Of a stretch of DNA of 64,000 bases, positions 24,826 through 34,700 are shown piece after piece. Origin of the DNA: Psammoneis japonica (Eukaryota); the NCBI GenBank assembly GCA_008632985.1, contig QPGO01000271.1:1-64000 (forward strand). The letters run 5' to 3'. Numbering within the stretch: the stretch's first letter is position 1; the number at the start of each line of letters is the position of its first letter. Below the pieces are notes generated by a model. It made no database searches and was not told the DNA's origin. It saw only the letters and a program-made list of their open reading frames with translations. Both the position numbers and the translations under genes were made by a program.

Positions 24826-26125
24826 AATGGTGTGATTTCAACACATCGCATTGGATGGGAAGTGGGTTGTCTTCTGCACCTCCCTCGTGGACTGGCAAGT
24901 CCTGTTGAGGCTGAGCAGGCCTTGGTTTCTTTTTGTTCTCGTTTGACTTTTTGTTCTGCTGATTGTCAGAAGTCTGTTGTTTGTTTGTGTTGGCCGCCGC
25001 CTTTTGCTTTCTTGTTGTGACAGCAAAAGCCGGACACGAAGCCGAGCATGCCTTCATGTTGGTGCGAGGTGGCAGTTTGCCATTTGCATCAATGTCAGAG
25101 CAGAAAGCCAAAGCCTGGAGCCGCAGCAAGAATCGGCAGATTCGACTCGTGATGGTGTCGCACGGTTTTGCGATGTTGTCCACAGATCATTGTCATGGAC
25201 TTGCCCCTTGCAAAGAACCCATCTGTGTCCTCATTGGGGCTAGTGGCTGCCACTTGTTGAGGGCACAGCAGACGAACCGGGCAGGTGGGCACGCGCAGTG
25301 CATTGTTGACATCAACAGCAAAATTGTTGCCGTTGTCATCCACAAAGCCGTGTCTCACCATGCCAATGCCCTCAATGGCCAGGCCAGATGCAACACCCTT
25401 TAAGTCCAAGTTTTGGATGGGTCGCATGCAACCAACAAAGTCATTTTCATTGTTTGAAATTGTGGCAGAAGCACCCGAGTCGATGATGAGATGCATCTCG
25501 TCAGATGTGAGGGTCAGCATCTCATCTGCCAAATGTGCAGCATGTTCTGCCAGAGCATTTGACAACTCCTTGTTCTCCTCAGGAGCTCTGGCAGCAGCAG
25601 TCTCATGTGCTTTGACTGGTTGTGGTGCATCGCGTTTGTCAATGAATGCAGATGTCGAGCGAGGTCTCGCTTGCACGTGGCTGCCACAGATGAAGTGTCC
25701 ACGGTTTTCAAGAGCCATTTCAAATGCGCGGGCATCATCAACAATTTCACTCACAAGACCATGTCTCTGTTGGTGCAATTTTAAAACTTGTGGTGAAAGT
25801 TTCACACTTTTGCTTTGATTTTGACCGATCCAGGCAAAGTGTTTGAACAAAACTGGATCCCAAGCAGTGTGGCACATCAGTTGTTTTCTAGTTGCCTTCT
25901 CCCCTCTTCTGTTCAAGAGAGGCAACAGATTGAGAGAGGGATGAGTTTGCAGCAAATTTCTGCAGCTTGTTGACATCCGACTGAATCTTGGAACCAGCCT
26001 TCTGGCGCTTGTTGTCATGTCCAGACTTGGATTGCGTGTTTCCAGGATGCTTGCTGCTCTTGTTGTCATTGGAGGCAATGCATTTGTCGTGGGTGCCGGT
26101 GCTGTGGCGAGTGGAGTGCATCTTG

Positions 26126-26572
26126 TGCAGCATGCATGCAGACAAAAGGTCATTTTTGTCATGCCCTTTGTGACATTTAAAGGCTGCAACACGTCGCCGT
26201 GATGCATTGGCTCTTGTCAGTGGCTGTGTGTTGCACTCCTCCCCATGTGTCACGCGTCCATGCGGCTCTTTGCTAACGTGTGCTGACACTGCACGGTTTT
26301 GGCGGAACAGTGTGGGTGCGCATGAAGGAACACACAGAACTGCACAGAGTTTTGCACGTTCGACAGTGATCAACGTTGCTGCAGACAACTCCCACTCAGG
26401 GTTTCGAACCCCTGGCCTCCTGCCTGATGGTTGTGATGAACCACTCCGCTGTGAATTCACAATGCAGCATGCATGCAGACAAAAGGTCATTTTTGTCATG
26501 CCCTTTGTGACATTTAAAGGCTGCAACACATCGCCGTGACACACCAACTCTTGTCAGCAGCTGAGTGTTGCA
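26126..26572 (-). mobile_element. TRIM, 110-bp LTRs, TSD CTTG
   Basis: LTRs 26126-26235 and 26463-26572 (TGCA..TGCA); CTTG on both sides; PPT GGGGAGGAG on the minus strand; non-coding interior. Confidence 0.9.
26390..26458 (-). promoter_or_regulatory. tRNA-derived Pol III promoter-like segment (A and B boxes) inside the TRIM
   Basis: Minus strand CAGCGGAGTGGTT...GGTTCGAAACCCTGAGTGGGA; the second copy reads TGGCGGAGTGG (A-box consensus TRGCNNAGYGG). Confidence 0.6.
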
Positions 26573-28132
26573 CTTGCATGTGTCACACCAATGCCACTTC
26601 TTGTTGCCCCACTCCTTTTCCGCTTCTTTGTTCTCGGGTTCAATGTGCAAGAACGGAGGGGAACCACGGCGAGGCACGCGGCCACGACCGTTTCCGCGAC
26701 CACCATGACCCTGATGTCCCCGGCGGTTGTCGCGGCAGTTGCAACGGTTGTTGCGACGCTCGCACCGCGCGAACTCTGCTGCAGGGACGACTGGAAAGCA
26801 GAGGCGACCTTCGTCATCTGCTGCGCGAAGTTGACGAGCTGTTCGTTCTGAGCCAGCATGGCCATGAACTGGGTTTCTTCCGTGGAAGGTTTGTCCCAAA
26901 GATCCTGTGCCTCAAGTGCCATCTGGAGGCTGTTGGCTTCCTCAAATGGGGTCTTGACGGTCCATTTGACGTGTTTCTTTCGCATCCAATCGGTCTTGTG
27001 CTCAGCCATCTTGGCTGCGAATGGCTTGCATGCGCCGGTTTGGAGTTGGTTGAAGGCTTTCTCAACGAGAGTGCACTCGAGCGTGTCGTCACGCTTGTGA
27101 ACCAGGCAGAGGCACTGCCTGAACTTGTGCATGTGCGCGTTGACATTGCCGTTGCAATCGTCAATGAGAGAAACCTCGGACAATTTTGTCTGGATGCCGT
27201 CAATGTGCATCTCGGGCAATGGGGGTGGCTGCTTGAATCTGTGGCAGAAGTGCATTGTGCCGTCCTTGTGGAGATGATCCATGACATTTTCGTCGGACGC
27301 AATTGCCTGATGCAGCTCTTTGTCATGTGAGGCAACAAGCAGGGCCTTGAGCGCACGTTGCGCGAAATGCATGGATGTCTGGTCATCGGATTTCCTGGTG
27401 ATGACCTCGTCAGTTTCAACACCCCACAGCACATCGGCTGGGAATTCGAAAATGTGCGCTTCTGCTTTGGTGAAGTCTTTTGTCAAAGACGTGCCGTTGT
27501 CAAACTTCATGACTTTCGCCCACACAGGGGAGCTCTGAAGACGTTCCTCAAGACAAAAGAGGAAGTCAAAGAATGACTCAGGGGACACAGTCAATTTGTC
27601 TTCCAGCAGTTTGGCCAGTTGTGCAATGCGCTCATCAGCACATGCAGCCGCAGCAACTTTGTCAATGTGGGCAGCAAGCCTCTCGCGCTTGTGCTCAGAT
27701 GAGTGCTTTTTGGTGTGCTTGCGGGGGGCTTCTGCATTGGACTTGTTGGACTCATTGGACGAGACACTGCGTCATCGTCAGAAACATCCACATCGTCCGA
27801 GTTCGTCACTGACGTGAGTTTTGCGATGCCGTCATTGTCACGCACATCATCGTCCTCAAGTGCATTGCCGTCAGGGTTCTGATGGTCGACATCGTCATCA
27901 CGTGGCACCTTTTTGGGCGCATGTTCGATGAGTTCATCGAGAGCCATGTCGACTTTCCCGCCCTTCTTTCGAGGGACGCGCTCCATGCCGGCCAACCCTG
28001 CATTGCGAGATGGCGAGGGCGTCGCGGTGGCGCTGGGCTTCTGCGATTCAGAAAACCCCTTGCCTGATTTGGACTTGCCAGTGTGTTTGGTGCTGGAGGA
28101 TGGTGCCATGGTGGTGGGTGTTGCTGGTGTTT

Positions 28133-28523
28133 GACGGGTTCCAGTCCCAGGCGGGACTTTTTGTGACATTTGCCCCGCAGAATTCTGCGTGTGAGCTCTG
28201 CAGTTCGCACTCTGGTCAATGGATGCACTCATCTTTGACACAAAATAAATGGCCAAGTTTGCAGCACACACATCTCTGTTCGCACTTGAAGTTTTGGACA
28301 ACACGCCTGCCCTGCGCCATTCTTGAGACACTCGAGAATGGCGCGCAGAAGAAAAAAATGTTGAAAGTTGCTGAATGGATCGCCTGACATTTGCACTGTG
28401 AAATGATGCAAAATTTTGCCAAAATCACGTAGAAATCTGCGTGCGCGACATGCGACGCGATTCAAAAAACTGTCGATGTCACAGCTCAGCAGTGCGAGGT
28501 CCCACCTGGACCTGGAACGCGTC
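28133..28523. mobile_element. MITE (GACGCGTTCCAG family), TSD GTTT, in Copia B 5' region
   Basis: GACGGGTTCCAGTCCCAGGCGGGA...TCCCACCTGGACCTGGAACGCGTC; GTTT on both sides. Confidence 0.9.
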
Positions 28524-28568
28524 GTTTGTTGTCAAAAAGGTTGCAGAGGCAACGAAGGCTGCACAACC

Positions 28569-28738
28569 TGTCTTGTGCAGATGTTGTGAGCTAAAGAGGC
28601 TTGCGACTGCTCTGTGGTCTATGAGCCAGCTGCGTCAGAGAATCTTCGACATCATCTCTCTGAGTCAGTGCGAATGAGCTCAGTCTGTCCATCCGTCCGT
28701 CTGTCCGTCTGTCCTACGAGCTCTGGTTGACCGTGACA
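28569..28738 (-). repeat. 5' LTR of Copia B
   Basis: Pairs with 19067-19236. Confidence 0.95.
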
Positions 28739-31700
28739 CCCTTGGCTTAAGTTCCCTGCTGCAAAGGGATGCTTCTACTCTGACCAGATGTTTTCGAAGG
28801 TCAAATTGACACATGGCAAGATGGGAGGAAGCGCACTTGCCAACGGAAGAGGGTGTGACAGGTTCCATCCTTGGAAGAGGAAACAGGACCACCCAAACGG
28901 CGTCATGTCATTCACACATGACGTTGGTGCACCACAAGTCCTTGTGTTGGTTGGCATGCCAGAAATGGCAGAAGGCCAGACCAAAGAGATTTGCAAGGAA
29001 TGCAGGATGCACCAGGAGGTGTCCACCCCGTGCAGCCCCTGGCAGAACCTGGCCAAGGCATCCATTCATGAGTTGAAGAAGAGAGTCCGTGTGACTCTAC
29101 GCTGGACTGGCGCTCACAGGTGACTTTGGTCCTGTGGCGCCAAATGGACATGTGACATCCGACGCATGATTGCAACCAGCATGTCGGGTGTGGGAGGGCA
29201 AGTCCCAGAAGAGGAGGTGACAGGTTCAACACCTGACATCTTGTCCCTCTCCCTCTTTGACTGGCATCAACCTGTCTGTTGCTGCACGCCTGTGGCGGAG
29301 TTCCCACATGAGAAGAAATGCATTGGCCATTGGCTCGGAGCAGCTGACAATTGCACTGACGACATGGCATTTGTCATTTTGACCGAATCAGGCAAGCCCA
29401 TCATTTGGAAGGATGCATGGGCCGTGCCGGAGGATGACCTTAAAACTCCGGTGATCCAGACGGATCTTGCATCGGTCGATCAAACGGCTTAGCATCCTGG
29501 AACAGGGTGCCAGTGCTGACTTCCCTGAACTCCCTGATGACTTCATGGACGAATGGGATGATGCCGTTGAACCCGTGGAACCCGACAACTCCAAACCGGA
29601 AGCTGATGAGCATGCCCCGGAAGGGCCAGATGAGCATCTCACAGCTCAAGTCATGTTGCCACGCGGAGGCGAGCTGACTCATGACAGGGTCATTGCATGC
29701 AAACAAGACAGCGATGGGGTTCCCATTGGTGCTGGGAACAACAACCCTGTCCTGGACTCGAGGACATGTGACATGGAATTTCCTGACGGATCCACTGATT
29801 CCCATGCTGCCAATGCAATTGCAGAGAACCCATTCACTCAGATCAACTCTGAAGGGAATGCCTGCCAGATCATGAAGGAGACAGTCGATCACCGACGTGA
29901 TGCCCGTGCCACGACGGCTGATGACGGGCACACAACGGCGTTTGGGTGGTCCTGTTTCCTCTTCCAAGGATGGAACCTGTCACAACCTCTTCCGTTTGTA
30001 AGTGCATTTCCTCCTGTCTTGCCATGTGTCGATTTGACCTTTGAAAACATCTGGTCAGAGCAGAGGCGTCCCTTGACAGCAGGGAACTTAAGCCAAGGGG
30101 CTTTCTTCCAGACTTTCCATTTGGTGGTGCACAGACATTGCGGACCCCTGCCTGGGTCGTCACTCCAAGGGTGTTCTCAGCGGCCATCAGGCCAATGTCC
30201 CACCTTTTAGAAAGTGTCTTGGGTGTGATGGTCAATGCACGACTCGAGGTCGACAGTGCATGCACCCGTTTCCACTTGGCACAATCCGGGTGGACATCTG
30301 GGTCATGCCGGTTGTGTGGCCCGTCTCCCTCAATGTCATTGTGGGAGACATTCACCTGAGCAACCAGGCGGTGACACAAAGAATCGTCATCATTGGCGTC
30401 CACAATGACGCTCTCATTGTGATGGGATGTTTGATGTGAATGAATGGAGGCGACACACCTGGTCGCATTCATCATCGTCAACTGTTTGTCAGACTTTGCT
30501 GATCCTTGGCGCACACTCGCACATGTGCGTGCTTCCTCCTTTTGCTCCAGGGCATCAGCAGAAGGCTCCCATCTCAGGGGTGATGTGAGTTCCAGCCGGG
30601 GGAGGTTCTCCAGATCCTCCTTTGTCGGCTTGTGTGAATCAAAGACTGAAGCAACACCTCGCATTCGCAATGGCACCCTGATCTTCGTGTCAGGGAAAGA
30701 AATGCAGTGTTTGTCAGTTGGGTCAAACTGGCAAGGGGCATTGTGGACAGTCAGTCCATTCTCTCGCAGTTGGTTGGGGCACAGGAGAGTGTCAGTCATC
30801 TTGTCCCCAAAAAACACAGCCTCATGGACTGGCAGTGGGTGTGGTTGTCCATCAGTTGGATCAACCCACACGGCAGCAGCCGCGCAAATGGGAACATTTT
30901 TCATTGGCGCATGCTCTTCGGAGTGAGGGTGCACCACGACAGATCTGTCGACATCAGAGTGCATCATAAAATTGGACCCAACAGCACACGTGTCAGCGTG
31001 CGAGTCCAAATCAGTGGTTGCTTCATCATCTGGATTTCCAGCAGATGACAAAGAAGTGTGTGTGTCCTTTGAGAATCGCTTGGACAAATGTGCAGTGCCA
31101 GCAGGTGCAGCGACATTCAGTTCTGTGCCTTTTGGTGCTGGCGCAACTGTTCATTCCTCCTTCTGCGGTTTCTCATGTGCACTGCGTCCGAACTGTGTGC
31201 CTGCATTGGTGGCAGGTTTGTCGAACTCTTCGGAGTCCTTTTGTTCATCAGCAGGTTGAGGATCAAGCTCGGCAATGGCCACTTTCTTAACAGCGCACGT
31301 GTTGGCATCAACCGATTCAGCCTCTGAGGATGCAGCTGCAGCTTTGCATTTCTTTTTGGCTTTCTTGGCATCGTGGAGCTTCTTGACTTGCTCTTGCTCA
31401 GGGCCATCAAGAGCACTCCACTCTTCAATGGGACAATGGCCTGCCCGGATCCTGGGCTTGTCCTTTTTAGGTTGGTGCTTTCCGCCAGGGTTTCCATGCC
31501 GGTTGTTGCGGCGTTGGATGGACGCGATCCCACGAGTGTCAGTGTTGTGGTTCTTGGCATTTTCTGCCAGGGTCTTCATGTGCTGCTGGCATGCTTCGAA
31601 ATCGCCAGCTTCGTTGGGTCTCCATCTACCACACTCTTGCCAGTTTCCAACCTGGGGTCGGAGACACCCTTTGGAAAGTCAGAGACCTTCTTGGTCTCGG

Positions 31701-34700
31701 CCACCGGTTCATCAAGCTCGGACAAGTCGTTGTGAACTTTTTGATGACGCTGAACGCACAGTTCTTTGCATTTTCTTTCAGAGTCTTCATGTGCTGCTGG
31801 CATGCTTCAAAATCCACCAGCTTCATCAGGTCTCCATCCACTGCACTCTTGCCAGTCTCCAACCCAGGGTTGGAGATGCCCTTTAGAAAGTCAGAGACCT
31901 TCTTGGTCTCAGCCACCGGCTCATCAAGCTCAGACAAGTTGTTGTGAGCCTTTTGATGGGGCTGAGTGCACTGGTCGAAAGTAAATCGACCCCGTCCGGT
32001 GCACTTCGCAGCAGCGATCTGTGCATGAGCACGGTTCTTTTGGGTGGTGGCAGCAGCCAATCCTTCCGCCTGCCTCTTGAGTGCAAAGAAAGCAGTGCGA
32101 CCATCGCGGCTGCAATTGGAAGGTTGGACAAAAGCCCATCTGGGCCCCCCATCACCAACTTCTTCAAGAGATCATGAAGGCATTGCCTGTCCTGCGTGCA
32201 CTGAGCTCCTGCAAGTCAAGCAGCAGCAATGATGTCCTCGTCAATGGCAGTGTGGGTGGCAGCCAACATTTCGCCGGTGACGTCTTCATGCTCCCCAACC
32301 AGGTAGATGAGGGGCACACTGGTGACAGCACTGTGGTGGTGACGCAGTTCGGTCTCCAGCAACTCTTGGAAGGCAGGCCAGTCACACAGATTCTTGAGCT
32401 CCATGGCCGTTTTGGTGGCCGATTCGTCATCCGAGTCTGCTGACTTGAATTGCTCCAGTTCCGTGAGACGTGCCGTCCATGTTCCAACAATGTCGCCAGC
32501 AAAGAGAGCAGCGGACGGCTCTTGGTTTTGGGCTCTGCGTCAGTCAATCCATGTGCGCAGTGCCTTGAGCTTGTGATTCGCCAGGCATGGGAAGCGGACT
32601 TGGGGGTTGGCGGCGGCATCCACGATGCCCTCAGTCATGTCAGTGATCTCTGTCAAAGGGAGCTGTGTGGGTGCATGTCTGTGCATTGCATCCACAATGT
32701 GCAAGGCAAATGGCAAAGGCTGCGGCAGCGGCCATGGTGCACCAGCAGTTGTTTGCGTTTTGATGCGTGAGCATCCACTTGTGTGAGTGGAGGAAAGTGA
32801 GAAAAATGTGTGGTTCTCATGCCGATTTGGTGGTTTCTACTTGGCGAACCCGCGAGCGGGCGGCGTCACTCCCAAGTGACAATTGGCAACAGACATGTGT
32901 CCACATGTGCAGTGTTGTGTGTGATCAAATGACAGATCTCAACACATGAATTGCCATGTCATCTAAATCACGAATGTTCACATGCCTTGCCCAACATGTT
33001 CCATCCATGTGATCAAACATTCCGCACACCAACGTCATGTCTGACGGATCTGCAGTGTGCGACTGTCACACACATGTTTGTGATCATGTGTCATTTGCAC
33101 GTCAATCGCACCACAGTCGTGGATGCGCACAAAGGACAGAACGATCACACAGAGTTGATCGGATGTCGAGAATTGCAAATACGATCGATTGACGATGTTG
33201 ACATCTTGCGTGTCAACAGCAATCGCATCCGGACAATCTGTTGTCACGAATGTGTTCTCCGAAAGGCCTTTTGTCTGTAGAAGCAGTGCAGAAGCTTTAG
33301 GCCATTGAGAACTCGTTTGGAGAAACCAAAAATCACAGAGCAAAATTTGACCTTATAATTTCCACTTTTCGCACACTATTCTACTTTCGTTTACACTCGT
33401 TCTTCGAGCATAGTGCATTGTGTATAATGCAGCATGCGACTGTTACATGCATGTTTATGATCATATGTTATTCACATGTCAATCGCACCACAGTCGTGGA
33501 TGCGTACAAAGGACAGAACGATCACACAGAGTTGATCGGATGTCGAGAATTGCAAATACGATCGATTGACGATGTTGACATCTTACGTGTCAACAGCAAT
33601 CGTATCCGGACAATCTGTTGTCACGAATATATTCTCCGAAAGGCCTTTTGTCTGTAGAAGCAGTGCAGAAGCTTTAGGCCATTGAGAACTCGTTCGGAGA
33701 AACCAAAAATCACAGAGCAAAATTTGACCTTATAATTTCCACTTTTCGTACACTATTCTACTTTCGTTTGCACTCGTTCTTCGAGCACAGTGCATTGTGT
33801 CTGTGGTAAAAAGCACGAAAAATGAAAATTTTAACTAATGTGCCTTTGCAAATTCTTCTATGAACAGGAACGAATCGCATCAGTTCTGCTGGAATCGATT
33901 TCCGAGCGGAAGAAGCTCAAGCCGAGCAGTGCCTCAAGATGGAACGCTGTTTTTCGTCTACCAGACAAGAGGATTCGCTCCAGTGCAGTCTGTTCCAAGT
34001 GTCTCAGGACCAAGGACTCTACAAGAACACAGCATTGTCGAAACATCCACACCAAGTCATGGTTGGGTAGAATTTCAAGTCTTGAGTCGATCAGATCCGA
34101 GAAATACGTCTACCATGCAAGGAGAGACTATTGGAGAGTTTTTTGAGACCGAATCGATGATCCTCGAGTCCAAGGAGCAAGAGGGAATCGTTGGAAAGTA
34201 CCTCAAGCGTCTCATAACTCATGTCCTCCAAGAACTGCACTTCAGAATCAGAGTTGTTATTTTCGAGATGATCTGAAGAAACCCAAGGCTCTCAGCAGCA
34301 AGAGAGTGCCTGTTCGACCCAAGAGGTCAATGATGAGAGTCTGTGCGACCCTCAGATCGATTCTAAGTCGAATCTAGCGGGAAACCGAGCGCTGATTTAT
34401 CAGCCATCACTCGCACCGCAAGGATGGCAGCATCAGCCTGCTGTCCAAAACATTGGGTTGTTGGATCATGCCCTTGACGAGCTGATTGAGGTTTGAGTCG
34501 TCTAGAGGTCGGCGAGGACGTCTGTGACAAAAAAAACATGTCAATTCAGGCTCTGATAGCGCAGTTGATTCCACAATCAAAAAGGTTCCAATTTTGGTTC
34601 CAAAAATGGTCTCCCACATGGTGCCACCACAATCCAAAGTGAATGCAAGGTCTCATCTTTGAAAAAAGAACACCTGCATCACGGATTGAAGCTGTTCTAA

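Larger units (their letters stand above)
25095..27594 (-). pseudogene. Copia B gag and protease, split by a TRIM
   Basis: LIIDSGASATISN protease; gag knuckle KKWHWCDTCK|MHSTRHSTGTH rejoins across 26126-26572. Confidence 0.8.
19067..28738 (-). mobile_element. Full-length Ty1/Copia family B retrotransposon, 170-bp LTRs, 5-bp TSD CCCTT
   Basis: TG..CA LTRs at 19067-19236 and 28569-28738; CCCTT at 19062-19066 and 28739-28743; short PPT next to the left LTR; gag-PR-IN-RT-RH order on the minus strand. Confidence 0.95.
18058..29935 (+). mobile_element. Copia A copy 2 (pol fragment), split by Copia B into 18058-19066 and 28739-29935
   Basis: Repeats copy 1 from ~16437 on; the KAP|WLKF junction is restored by removing 19067-28738 plus one CCCTT; continues into CIGHWLG..GNNNPVLDSR..EFPDG..ANAIAEN. 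Confidence 0.85.

Noticed and set aside
26390..26458. Functional tRNA gene
   Set aside because: The anticodon arm and acceptor stem do not fold convincingly, and it lies inside a multicopy TRIM.
28550..28568. Copia B primer-binding site (minus GGTTGTGCAGCC, similar to the GGTTATG half-tRNA-Met PBS)
   Set aside because: Only a partial match even after TA reversion; not callable.
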